Assembly (NCBI GenBank): GCA_039028615.1
Contig: JBCCHT010000006.1
Coordinates: 96,001-160,000 of the forward strand
DNA: 64,000 bases
Origin: Myxococcota bacterium
GTDB lineage: Bacteria; Myxococcota_A; Polyangia; Nannocystales; Nannocystaceae
Direction of reading: 5' to 3'
Below, in pieces: positions 10,221 to 22,338 of this stretch. Under the pieces are notes generated by a model. The model searched no databases, was not told where the DNA came from, and worked only from the letters and a program-made list of their open reading frames with translations. Made by a program: the position numbers and the translations under genes. Each line of letters begins with the position of its first letter. Within the stretch, counting starts at the first letter, position 1.

Positions 10221-10269
10221 ACAAAGAGCCACGCTTCCCGAAGGGAGCGTGGCTCTTTGTTTTCGAAGG
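10221..10269. terminator. Bidirectional terminator (hairpin family copy C)
   Basis: ACAAAGAGCCACGCTTCC-CGAA-GGGAGCGTGGCTCTTTGT then TTTCGAAGG. Confidence 0.8.
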
Positions 10270-10284
10270 TCCGAACCGCGGCGA

Positions 10285-11310
10285 CTACATGCCGCGCGAC
10301 GGGGGCGCAGGCTCGGAGCCACCGCCCGAGAGTCCTTCGACGGTGCGACGAACGGCCTCGATGTCGCTGGGCGAGAGGAAGCCGGTGAACTTCATGACGT
10401 CACCCTTGGAGGTGACCTTGAATGAGTCGCCGACCGAGGACGGCAACCCGGCGAGCGGCAGGATGGCGCGTAGCTGAGCCAGCTGGCCCTCGACCTCGCC
10501 CGCGGCCGACTTGGCGTCGGCTGCCGTCTTGAATCCGGCGCCGATGCCCACGTCGAGGCCCTTGGTCGCGTCGATGCTGACCCCGACGCGGTTGGCCCCG
10601 GCCATGCCACTGCCCAGCTCGGCCATCGCCCCGGGCGGCAGGCGGCTGGCCGCCCACGCGGTGCGCCCCGTGTCGATCTCGCGAGGAATCCACGAGAGCC
10701 GGCCATCGAGGGCGGAGCGGCTCTTGCCGGTCAGGCGGGTCTCGAGCTTGGCCTCGAGCGACTTGCTCGCGAAGACCACCATGTTGGGGCCGACCACGAA
10801 CCCGGTGGTGTCGGCATCGCTCGTCTCGAGCCGAGTGTGACAGCCCCGCTTCACTCGCGACCACGGCTTCTCGCCGGTCGCCGCTTCGATCTTCGAGGAT
10901 AAGCAGTCGAGGGTCTTGTCCTTGCCCACGCCGGTCGCCTCGAGCCCGAACACCACGTCCTCATCCTCGTTGAAGCCGGCCACGACCCGGTTGACCTTCG
11001 ACAGCGGCACGCCGCACTCCTTCATGGTGTCGAGCACGTCGCGGGCCTCTGCCTCCAGGAAGGGTTCGACCGACTTGAAAAGCTTGCCCCGCCGCAGGTT
11101 CTTGACGTCGAGCATCACCGCCCCGTCGATCTTGTGGTCGGGCAGAACATCCACCAACGACTTGGCCGTGAGCGGCTCGCAGCGCGGCGCGGCCGTGTAC
11201 ACGCTCGCCTCGACGGACCACGACGCGGGCGCGGGCTGCAACTCGGTGGTCGTACAGCCCGCGGCCAACACCAGGCCGAGAGCGGTTCCAATCGTCTTTG
11301 TCGTAATCAT
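10285..11310 (-). CDS. Hypothetical lipoprotein
   Basis: AAGC lipobox. Start placed at ATG 11310, downstream of an ECF-like promoter. Confidence 0.75.
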   Translation of the reverse strand: MITTKTIGTALGLVLAAGCTTTELQPAPASWSVEASVYTAAPRCEPLTAKSLVDVLPDHKIDGAVMLDVKNLRRGKLFKSVEPFLEAEARDVLDTMKECGVPLSKVNRVVAGFNEDEDVVFGLEATGVGKDKTLDCLSSKIEAATGEKPWSRVKRGCHTRLETSDADTTGFVVGPNMVVFASKSLEAKLETRLTGKSRSALDGRLSWIPREIDTGRTAWAASRLPPGAMAELGSGMAGANRVGVSIDATKGLDVGIGAGFKTAADAKSAAGEVEGQLAQLRAILPLAGLPSSVGDSFKVTSKGDVMKFTGFLSPSDIEAVRRTVEGLSGGGSEPAPPSRGM

Positions 11311-11334
11311 GGTGGCCTGGGACGTGGCGAGCAT

Positions 11335-11361
11335 AACGCACCAGACTCCCCGACCGGTTCC
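11335..11361 (-). promoter_or_regulatory. ECF sigma-type promoter candidate
   Basis: GGAACC-N17-CGTT on the minus strand, about 25 nt upstream of ATG 11310. Confidence 0.45.
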
Positions 11362-11389
11362 GACATTCCAAACCGACTACACTGGCCAC

Positions 11390-11899
11390 GTGCGACGCAT
11401 TGGCTTCGTGTTTCTGGCCACACTTGGACCCAGCTGCGGCACACCCGAAAGCCCGAGTGCGGCGGAACTCGACGGCTTGCTCCAGCGTCTCGACGCGATG
11501 GAGCGGCGCATCGACGAGCTCGAAGACGCGGCCGAGGCCCGGGCCGCAGCCGCCCCCGCGCGTCCTCCCGGGCTCGAGCCAGGGGGCCCCTCGAGCTTCC
11601 CTCCGCGACTGCCTCCCGGGCCGCCCCCACGACAGGCCGTCGCCCCTTCGCTCCATGTCAACGTGCGAGCGTCGGGGATCTCCGTCGACGGTAAGATACT
11701 CACCCAAGAGGATGCGGTGAAGCGCTTCCGCGAGGCCGGGCGTCAGCAGCCGCCGCCTCGCCTCGTGATGCTCGCCGAGCCCGACGTTCCCCACGCGCGC
11801 ATGGTGGAGGTCATGGACCTGGCCAAAGAGGCGGGCCTCACCCATATCTCGATGTCGGCCAAGTTCAGCGGCGGCGGCACGGCCCCGCCGCCACGCTGA
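11390..11899 (+). CDS. Putative lipoprotein with C-terminal ExbD/TolR-like domain
   Basis: GTG start, signal ending GPSC, coiled coil, Pro-rich linker, then ISVDGK...AEPDVPHARMVEVMDLAKEAGL. Confidence 0.7.
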   Translation: MRRIGFVFLATLGPSCGTPESPSAAELDGLLQRLDAMERRIDELEDAAEARAAAAPARPPGLEPGGPSSFPPRLPPGPPPRQAVAPSLHVNVRASGISVDGKILTQEDAVKRFREAGRQQPPPRLVMLAEPDVPHARMVEVMDLAKEAGLTHISMSAKFSGGGTAPPPR

Positions 11900-11904
11900 A
11901 CGGA

Positions 11905-12071
11905 CTAAAGCTCATCTCAAAAACCCTCGTGGGGTGAGAACGTGGTCAGCGTCGGCGATGGCAAGGCGCCAATTCGCAGGCGTACCGGGCGTCCTCCGAG
12001 GATTGGCAACGCGGCCCTCGTCGACGGGGGCCGCGTTATCGCCTCGCGAGGGTTTTTGAGATGAGCTTTAG
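11905..12071. mobile_element. 167-bp non-autonomous MITE-like inverted-repeat element
   Basis: Perfect 25-bp terminal inverted repeat CTAAAGCTCATCTCAAAAACCCTCG / CGAGGGTTTTTGAGATGAGCTTTAG, no ORF, intergenic. Confidence 0.75.
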
Positions 12072-12131
12072 GCCAGGCACCGCGAACTCGTCGCTCGCTC
12101 GGCCTGGCCTCGTGACGCCCGCTGGCTCCGC

Positions 12132-13640
12132 TCAGCTGCGTCGCGATCGATCGCCGTTGCGCCCCCGGCCGCGACGCGAACCATTGGAGTCAGCGTCGAC
12201 ATCGCCCGGGTGCGTATAGAAGGACGGCCCGCGGACGTTCTCGTCGATGATCAGCGGGTCCTTGATCGAGGGGAACGCCCGCTGCCCGCAGTCGCGACGC
12301 GGGCAGAGCCGACAGGTCACCCCGACCGGCACGCCGCCGTCGAGATCATCGAGGTCGACGCCCTCGGAGTAGACCATGCCGCGCGCGTCCTGGAGCTGAC
12401 AGCCGAGCCCGATCGCCTGGATGGTCGAAGGCTCGTGGTAGCCACCGCGACTTTTGGGCACGGTACGCGCGACACAGAAGTAGGGCTCGCCGTCGGGCAT
12501 GACGGACAGCTGCACCCGCATCTGCCCCGGGCTCTGGAACGCGCCGAACACGTTCCACCGCGGGCACGCCCCGGAGAAGCGAGCGAAGCGGATGCCCGAG
12601 GCGGTGAAGCGCTTGGATATGTTGCCCGCCATGTCCACGCGGATCATGTGCAGGGCGATGCCCTCGGCCCCGGGTCGGCGCAGCGAGGTCAGGCGATGGC
12701 AGACCTGCTCGAAGCTGGCGCTGAAGCGGTGCCCGAGCAGCTCGAGGTCGTAGCGCTCGGCCTGGGCCGCCTCGAGGATGCGCTCGTAGGGCATGGCCAC
12801 CGCGCCCGCGAAGTAGTTGGCCAGCACCACCCGCGCGAGGCGACGCGACGGCTCGGAGGTCAGCTCGGGATCGGTGGCGAGCCGATCGAGCATGTCCCCC
12901 AGCGTGGCCAGGGCGATCTGAGCCGCGAGCTGGAAGGCACGACTGGCGGGCGACAGCATGTTCGAAAGCCGCAGGCGACGTCGCTGGGGATCGAAGTGCC
13001 GCAGGGCTCCTCCCGCCCCGCCGAGCCGGGTGACCTCGTGCTGCATCTTGAGGTCTTCGGTCACGTGGCGAATGAGCCCGTGGTACAGCTCGTCCGCGTC
13101 GAGCCTGGCGTCTTGCCACAGCGCTTCCGCGGCCTCCTCGAGCTCGGGGAAGTAGTTGCCGTGGCGCTGGATGAAGTCGCTGACCTCTTCCGACGGAAGC
13201 TGTGAGCGCGTGGTCTCGGGGATCTGCTGCGAGTCGTAGAGCTGGCCGGCGAGCGTATCGGCCGACTCCCGGGCGCTCCGAAACGCGCGATACAGCGTGA
13301 CGATGGAGCGGGCGATGGACGGCGAAGCCCCGATGAGCTCCTGCATCTCGCCGGGGGACACCTCGTGCTCGAGCAGCAGCCCGTCGGCAAAGACCTCGGC
13401 CAGTGCGGTGGCGAGGTGGTCATCCCGGCCTTCGTTGAAGTCCTGCAGATCGACCTGAAGCTCTTCGACGATCTTGAGCAGCAGCGGAGCCGTGAGCGAT
13501 CGCTGGTTGTGCTCGATGAGGTTGAGGTAGCTCGCGGAGATTCCCAGCCGCCGCGCGAACTCCACCTGGGTGAGCCCTTCTTTTTGGCGCAGGGCCCGCA
13601 CTCGACTGCCCAAACGCCTGGATTTCTTGGTCGCCGCCAT
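12132..13640 (-). CDS. Short-chain fatty acyl-CoA regulator family (RamB/ScfR/PrpR-like; XRE HTH + M78-like + DUF2083)
   Basis: HTH LGISASYLNLIEHNQR, NYFAGA, SFEQVCHRL, CPRW, and C-terminal GVTCRLCPRRDC. Divergent from aceBA. Confidence 0.9.
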   Translation of the reverse strand: MAATKKSRRLGSRVRALRQKEGLTQVEFARRLGISASYLNLIEHNQRSLTAPLLLKIVEELQVDLQDFNEGRDDHLATALAEVFADGLLLEHEVSPGEMQELIGASPSIARSIVTLYRAFRSARESADTLAGQLYDSQQIPETTRSQLPSEEVSDFIQRHGNYFPELEEAAEALWQDARLDADELYHGLIRHVTEDLKMQHEVTRLGGAGGALRHFDPQRRRLRLSNMLSPASRAFQLAAQIALATLGDMLDRLATDPELTSEPSRRLARVVLANYFAGAVAMPYERILEAAQAERYDLELLGHRFSASFEQVCHRLTSLRRPGAEGIALHMIRVDMAGNISKRFTASGIRFARFSGACPRWNVFGAFQSPGQMRVQLSVMPDGEPYFCVARTVPKSRGGYHEPSTIQAIGLGCQLQDARGMVYSEGVDLDDLDGGVPVGVTCRLCPRRDCGQRAFPSIKDPLIIDENVRGPSFYTHPGDVDADSNGSRRGRGRNGDRSRRS

Positions 13641-13644
13641 GGCC

Positions 13645-13751
13645 TTTTACAAACTTTACAGTGAACCGCGTTGCTCAGGTCAATAAGTGAAAAATCAAGT
13701 TACCGGAATCATTTTAGATTGACTCGCCCCTCAGAGTAGTAAAAATTTGCG
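13645..13751. promoter_or_regulatory. AT-rich divergent promoter with candidate RamB/ScfR operator
   Basis: TTTTACAAACTTTACA (13645-13660) resembles the TTTGCAAA-type sites of RamB/PrpR. A second element is GTAAAAATTTGCG. Confidence 0.5.
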
Positions 13752-13823
13752 CTCCCGCGGAGGGTTTTTCAACCAGTTCTTTCGCGTCAATCGCGCGAGC
13801 TCTCCCCGGCTTTTGGTGCACCC

Positions 13824-15413
<1,590 letters not shown>

Positions 15414-15450
15414 GATCCGCCTCTCAATTGCTACCGGCTTCGCGCCAGGA

Positions 15451-16740
<1,290 letters not shown>

Positions 16741-16762
16741 GCCCGGGCTTTTGATCTCCGCC

Positions 16763-16798
16763 AGGCGGGGCGACGATGATGTCGCCCCGCCTTTTTTG
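16763..16798 (+). terminator. Rho-independent terminator of aceBA
   Basis: AGGCGGGGCGAC...GTCGCCCCGCCT followed by a T run. Confidence 0.85.
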
Positions 16799-16812
16799 TG
16801 CCCAACGCCCGA

Positions 16813-18009
16813 CTACTCGGTCGGGCAGGCATCGAGCACGTGCAGGCCGTCGTCGTCTTCGACGCTCGCGTAGAGCAGGCCATCGGAAAAGCGCAGCCAC
16901 ACCGGATCGTCGAAGGCATCGTTGGTCGTGTCGAGCTCGAGCACCGCCCCGGGGTCGCTGGCATCGAGCACCGCCAGGAAGGGCACCTGGGTCGAGACGG
17001 TGTCGCGCCCGGTCAGGAACACGGTGGACAGATCGGTATCGACCGCCCAGGCCCGCTCTCGCTCGTACAGGCCGATCTCGACCATCATCGCGGGGTTGGA
17101 GGCATCGACGATGCTGAGCCCATCCGCGTACGAGACGTAGACGATGGAGCCCTCGACGGCGAGGTGCGAGGAGCCGTTGCCGATGGACAGCGAGGACAGC
17201 TCGGCCAGCGCGCCCGGGTCGGAGATGTCGACGGCCGAGAGTCCGTGCCCGGTGGACGCCACGAAGGCGACGTCACCCGAGACCTCGACGCTCTCGGTCG
17301 CGCCCGGTAGGACCAAGTCGGTCGTCAGCGGCATGGGCATGGCCGGGTTGCTGACGTCATAGGAGAGCAGACCGTCGTTGTCGGCCACGAGCAGGGTCGA
17401 GCCGGCCACCGCCACGTCGCGGGCCTCGATGGTGTCGTCCTCGGCCAGCAGGTCCAGCGCGGTAGGGTCGGTGGCGTCGACGATGGCGTAGCCCGAGCCG
17501 CGCAGGCCCACGTAAACGGTCCCCGCGGCGTAGGCCACCCGGTGGGCCAGGGTGCCGCTGCCGAAATCGTACTGCCCGATCTGCATGGGCATGGAGGGGT
17601 CGCTGATGTCGATCGCCAGTACGCCGGCCGAAGTCGAGGCGAGGTAGAGCGTGGAGCCGTCGATGTCGAAACCTTCCGCGGCGCCCTGCTCGGGGACGAA
17701 CACGCCGAGCTCGCTGGGGGCAAGGCAGGGCCGCTCGCCGGTCGTGCCGTCGGAGCTGGTGTCGTCGACCGCCATCGTGTCGGACCCGGAGCCCGTGCTC
17801 TCGCTCGCGCCAGCCCCCGTGCCCGTGTCGCTCGACTCGGAGGCCGTGCTGGAGCCGCCCGTGGTGCCGGCCTCGGTCGTGCCCGGGCTCACCGATCCGG
17901 TCGACTCGGCCCCGGTGGTCTCGTTTTCGCTCGGGTCGGGGTCGAGCCCCGGGCATCCGGTGCTGGCCATCAGCGCGGTCAGGGCCACGGCGTGTCGCGT
18001 GATCTGCAT
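16813..18009 (-). CDS. LVIVD-repeat beta-propeller lipoprotein
   Basis: STGC lipobox, S/T linker, repeated GL..VDISDP motifs. Confidence 0.85.
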   Translation of the reverse strand: MQITRHAVALTALMASTGCPGLDPDPSENETTGAESTGSVSPGTTEAGTTGGSSTASESSDTGTGAGASESTGSGSDTMAVDDTSSDGTTGERPCLAPSELGVFVPEQGAAEGFDIDGSTLYLASTSAGVLAIDISDPSMPMQIGQYDFGSGTLAHRVAYAAGTVYVGLRGSGYAIVDATDPTALDLLAEDDTIEARDVAVAGSTLLVADNDGLLSYDVSNPAMPMPLTTDLVLPGATESVEVSGDVAFVASTGHGLSAVDISDPGALAELSSLSIGNGSSHLAVEGSIVYVSYADGLSIVDASNPAMMVEIGLYERERAWAVDTDLSTVFLTGRDTVSTQVPFLAVLDASDPGAVLELDTTNDAFDDPVWLRFSDGLLYASVEDDDGLHVLDACPTE

Positions 18010-18219
18010 GCACACCACGCTAGGGCTCGGACACCGCGATTCCATGGGCGCGGGCACGACTTAAGACCGAGGAAAGATCGGACCGTGGCGTCTCGAGAGC
18101 CAATGGGCGAAGCCCACCGCGCGTCGCGAAAGATCTTAAATGCGCCTTTCGTGGCGCCCAGGGCCGTACGAGGCCGTTGCGCATGGTCCGCGACTGCTAT
18201 GATGGCCTCGCCCCCGCCG

Positions 18220-19602
18220 ATGACCGTACCGCCCGACGACATCACGGAGACCTTCGACGCCCGTCCGAACGAAGCCCACCGCGCGTGGCAGGTGACGATC
18301 GTGGCGCATCCCGACCTGACCAAGGTGGGTCGCCAAGCCGAGGTCTCTACGGACGCTCCGGTCAGGCTCGGTCGCAACAGCGAGGCACTCGGTCCGGGGG
18401 TCTTGGATCACACGCACATCTCGCGAGACCACGCGCGCCTCGAGGTGAACGGCCGCGGGGAGCTGACCGTCATCGATCGGGGGAGCCGCAACGGCACCTT
18501 CGTGGGCGGGGCGCGGGTGGAAGGGCAACAGCTGCTGGGCTCGAGCCTGCTGTCGGTGGGGCGCATCGTGCTGTGGACGGAGCCCGCACGCCCTCCCGAG
18601 CCGGTCTCCGGTCGCGTACTCGACACCGCGACGGCTCTGGTCGACCGCGGCCGACCGGTGCACCTCATCGGCGAGTCGGGGGCGGGCAAGCGTTGGACCG
18701 CAGCCGCCCTGCACCACAGCCGCTGCCATGGCCCCCACGAGCGGGTCGAGGTCCAGCCCGACACGCCCCTGGCCCTCCCTCCGCCGCAGAGCCTGCGCAC
18801 GGGCTCGCTGGTGGTGTGTCGCCTCGATCGCGCCAACGATGCCCAGGCCAAGCAGTTGGTCGACCTGCTCGATGCCAGCGACGCGGATCGACCGGGCGTG
18901 CTGCTGTTCACCAGCCGCACCCCGCCGCCACCCCTGTCGAAGCCGGGCCCGTCGTTCACCACCCTGCGCGGCCGCTTGGCACCGTTCAGCGTGGAGCTGC
19001 CTCCGCTGCGCCTGCACGTGTCCCATGCCGCGCGCCTGCTCGCCCTGTTCATGCGGCGCTACGCGGGGCCCGAGGCTCAAGTCGATCCCGCCCTGGTGAT
19101 CCGCCTGCTGCAACACTCGTGGCCGGGCAACGTACGCGAGCTGGAGGCCATCGTGGAGCGAGCCGCCGTCGAGGCCCGAGCCACGGGGATCATCGGCTCG
19201 TTCCCCGAGCTCGATGCGATCTTGCAGGCACCCATCCAGCCCCGCCTCATCAGCACCCACGGGGAGACGATGAGCAGCGCCCCCTTCGTGGTCGCGCGGG
19301 ACGGGGCCTGGTTTCGTTGCCCCGACGGCACCACCCACGATCTCGCGTCGCGCAAGGTGCTGGCCCGGGTGCTCGCCAAGCTCATCGCCGCTCACGAAAA
19401 GCGCCCCGGGGACCGCGTCACCGTCAAAGAGCTGCTGGCCGCGGCGTGGCCCGACGAGCGATTGATGCCCAAGGCGGGCGCCAACCGGGTCTACGTGGCG
19501 CTCACGAACCTGCGCAAGCTCGGCCTCCGCGAGCTGGTGGCCCGCGGCGACGGTGGTTATTCCATCTCGCCCGACGCCCCGCTTCGCATCGACGACCGCT
19601 GA
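18220..19602 (+). CDS. FHA domain + degenerate sigma-54-activator-like AAA + C-terminal winged-helix-like domain
   Basis: FHA motifs (LGR, ISRDHA, GSRNGTFV), GESGAGK, HSWPGNVRELE and C-terminal NRVYVALTNLRKLGL. Start is 18199 or 18220. Confidence 0.8.
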   Translation: MTVPPDDITETFDARPNEAHRAWQVTIVAHPDLTKVGRQAEVSTDAPVRLGRNSEALGPGVLDHTHISRDHARLEVNGRGELTVIDRGSRNGTFVGGARVEGQQLLGSSLLSVGRIVLWTEPARPPEPVSGRVLDTATALVDRGRPVHLIGESGAGKRWTAAALHHSRCHGPHERVEVQPDTPLALPPPQSLRTGSLVVCRLDRANDAQAKQLVDLLDASDADRPGVLLFTSRTPPPPLSKPGPSFTTLRGRLAPFSVELPPLRLHVSHAARLLALFMRRYAGPEAQVDPALVIRLLQHSWPGNVRELEAIVERAAVEARATGIIGSFPELDAILQAPIQPRLISTHGETMSSAPFVVARDGAWFRCPDGTTHDLASRKVLARVLAKLIAAHEKRPGDRVTVKELLAAAWPDERLMPKAGANRVYVALTNLRKLGLRELVARGDGGYSISPDAPLRIDDR

Positions 19603-22154
19603 GCCACGGGAATCATCGCCATGACCTCGGCCGCACGCTCGCGATAGCCGGCTTCGTCGAGGGTCTCGGCGATGATCTCGAGAGCCTGAAGCCGCGGCGG
19701 CGTGTCGGGAGCGTGCACGAGGGGGAGCATCTCCAGCGCGCGCTCGAAGTCGGCGACGGCCAGCTCTTTGTGCCCGGTCCACATCCCCAGCTCGCCCGCG
19801 CTCAGCAGCGTGGCGAAGGTCCGTGGCGTGGGTGGATCGATGTCCCCGACCGCGGCCTTGGCCTGCTGGACCAGAGCATGAGCCTGTTCGTGTTCACCGA
19901 GGTCGAAGAGCATCCGAGCGCGATTGACCTCGTAGCTCCACGCCACCTGATCGCGCTCGCCGAATCGACGCATGCGCATCTGAGCCGCGAGGCCCAGGTG
20001 CTCGGCCGCCTTGCGCTCGTCGCCCTCACCGTAAGCGACATACGAAAGCAGTTCCTCGGCGCGGGCCAGCGAGGGATGGTCGGCCTCGAGCTGCAACCGC
20101 AGAACCCGACGACCTTCCTCCACGTGCTTGCGGGCGGCCACCATGTCGCCCATGGCGTCGTAGGTGGCCGACAGATCGAGGTGGTAGTCGGCCACCTCGG
20201 GGTGCATCGCACCGAAGAGCCGCTCGAGGCGGTTTTGGGCCAGGTGCAGCAGCTCGACCGCCTCGCGGGGGTCTCCGCGCTGGAACGCGAACGCGGCCAG
20301 GTTGTTCTCGATGGACGCCACCGCTCGATCGCGCAGGTAGGGCCGCTCGACCTCCTTGTCCCACAGCACCAGCGCGTCCTGGAGCGCCTGCACCCCCTCG
20401 GTGTTGCGACCGCGTGCATGGTGAATCGCCGCGAGGTTGGTCAGCAGGCCCGCCTCGAACCGGTGGTTGCCCCCCATGCGCTCGATCGCCGCCTTGGCCG
20501 AACGATAGCTGCGCTCGGCATCGTCGAGTTCACCGAGCTGGTGGTGCACCCACGTCAGCTCGATCCAGATCTCGGCGCTGCGTTTGTCGGACTGGAGCTC
20601 CTGGGCCGCCTCGGCCGCGCGCTGCAGCGTGACGACGGCATCGAGAGGCCGACCGCGGGTGTCCTGCACGGAAGCGAGGCGGAACAGAGCATAGACCCGC
20701 TGCTCGAGGTGGCCGGCCTCGTGCGCCAGCGCGACCGCTTCGGCGAGGCGCGACTCGGCCTCCTCGAAGCGCCCCTGCACCCTGTGACTCCAGCCCTCGG
20801 AAATCGCCGCGTCGATTTCCTCGTAGCGACGCGGGTCGTCGACCTTCAGCGGGTCCCCGTCGACCCGGGCGCAATCGGAGGCGCGGTCGAGCGACGCGAG
20901 AGCCTCGAGCCCGCGGCGGGCGGACTGCTCGGCCACATCGATCCACGCCAGATGCTGCCGTCGCACCCGAGCCAAGCATCGGCGCCGGGGATCGACCTGC
21001 TCGGCCATGGGCACGTCCTGCGCGCGGCAGGTCTTCTCGTAGGCCTGCGACCACTCGTCGACCCGCGCATCGAGGTCCTCCATGACCCCCCGGGCGCGCG
21101 TGCGACCGAGGTCTTCGGCCAGCTGCGCCTCGAGCCCGTTGCGCCGCGGCGCCGACCAAGCGTCCTGCATGATCGCCAGCCCCGGGCCGCACCGATCTTC
21201 GGGAGCCCCGATGAACCCCAGGGTCAACGCCACCGCCCCGACCGCACCAAACTTCGCCATGCGCCCCCACGAGCGGCCTTCCATGGCCACCAGGAGGGCT
21301 TCGAGGTCGGGCCAGCGATCTTGCGGGGCCGGAGCCATGCCTCGCTCGAGCACCCGCAGCATGCGTCGCGGCACCCCGGCCGTGTTGACCCCCTGCGGCC
21401 GCCGCTCGAGCTTGGCCTGGGCCAGCGCCCACACGCCCTTGGCCTCGAAGGGGCGCCGCCCGGTCAGCACTTCCCAGGCGGTCACACAGAACGCGAACTG
21501 GTCGGCGCGGGCGTCCACGCTCAGGCCGTCGTGCTGCTCGGGCGCCATATAGGCCGGCGTCCCCACCATCCAGGAGACACTCTCGTCCGCGGTCACCAAC
21601 GCGGTGCCGACCGCCAACCCGAAGTCGGTCACCCGCCCCACGCCGCGGGGGCTGACCAGGATGTTGGCCGGCTTCACGTCGCGATGAATCACCCCGGCCC
21701 GGTGCGCCGCGAGCAAGCCCTGGGCCGAGGTCCGCAGCACCTCCCAGCGCTCTTCGAGGGTTCGAGGCGAGCGCAACCAGTGGGCGAGCGACGGAGCATC
21801 GACCAGCTCCATCACCACGAACAGGCCGCCGTCGTGTTCGCCCACGTCGTACACGGGCACGACGCTCGGGTGGGACACGGTGGCCATCGCCCGCGCTTCG
21901 CGACGCACCCGACGACGGTCCTGGGCCCGGCCCGCTCGCGACGGGTGCAGCACCTTGATCGCGACGTTGCGACACAGCTGCTCGTCCCACGCCTCGTACA
22001 CGGTGCCCATGGCTCCCGCGCCGCGCTTGGTCCCGATGCGATAGCGACCGACGTGGCCGCCCGGCTGCGATTGCTGCGGCCAGATCGAATCCTCGCCCAG
22101 GGTCTCGGTGGGGACCCCGGTCAGGTGCTCGTCGAGGGTCCCTGCCGTGCTCAT
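19557..22154 (-). CDS. Membrane Ser/Thr protein kinase with TPR repeats
   Basis: GAGAMG, AIK, HRDVKPAN, DFG and APE, then a TM segment and TPRs. Confidence 0.92.
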   Translation of the reverse strand: MSTAGTLDEHLTGVPTETLGEDSIWPQQSQPGGHVGRYRIGTKRGAGAMGTVYEAWDEQLCRNVAIKVLHPSRAGRAQDRRRVRREARAMATVSHPSVVPVYDVGEHDGGLFVVMELVDAPSLAHWLRSPRTLEERWEVLRTSAQGLLAAHRAGVIHRDVKPANILVSPRGVGRVTDFGLAVGTALVTADESVSWMVGTPAYMAPEQHDGLSVDARADQFAFCVTAWEVLTGRRPFEAKGVWALAQAKLERRPQGVNTAGVPRRMLRVLERGMAPAPQDRWPDLEALLVAMEGRSWGRMAKFGAVGAVALTLGFIGAPEDRCGPGLAIMQDAWSAPRRNGLEAQLAEDLGRTRARGVMEDLDARVDEWSQAYEKTCRAQDVPMAEQVDPRRRCLARVRRQHLAWIDVAEQSARRGLEALASLDRASDCARVDGDPLKVDDPRRYEEIDAAISEGWSHRVQGRFEEAESRLAEAVALAHEAGHLEQRVYALFRLASVQDTRGRPLDAVVTLQRAAEAAQELQSDKRSAEIWIELTWVHHQLGELDDAERSYRSAKAAIERMGGNHRFEAGLLTNLAAIHHARGRNTEGVQALQDALVLWDKEVERPYLRDRAVASIENNLAAFAFQRGDPREAVELLHLAQNRLERLFGAMHPEVADYHLDLSATYDAMGDMVAARKHVEEGRRVLRLQLEADHPSLARAEELLSYVAYGEGDERKAAEHLGLAAQMRMRRFGERDQVAWSYEVNRARMLFDLGEHEQAHALVQQAKAAVGDIDPPTPRTFATLLSAGELGMWTGHKELAVADFERALEMLPLVHAPDTPPRLQALEIIAETLDEAGYRERAAEVMAMIPVAQRSSMRSGASGEME

Positions 22155-22338
22155 GCTCGCCCGATACGGCTCATGATGAGTTCCGATTCCGACTCAGTGT
22201 ACCGACGAGGTTGGCGATGAGACATGCCCTCGTGCCAACCGAATAGGCGCACTCTTGCTCGAATCGCCCCGCAGTGGCCACGGAACGATGTCGCGCCCCT
22301 AACCTGCCCATGGCCCGTCCCTTGCTTGTACGGGGGCA

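Noticed and set aside
18177..22220. Very long alternative ORFs (1347 aa here; also 6056-8287, 41891-43792, 60728-63283)
   Set aside because: These are shadow ORFs of real genes, expected at high GC, and show no recognisable motifs.
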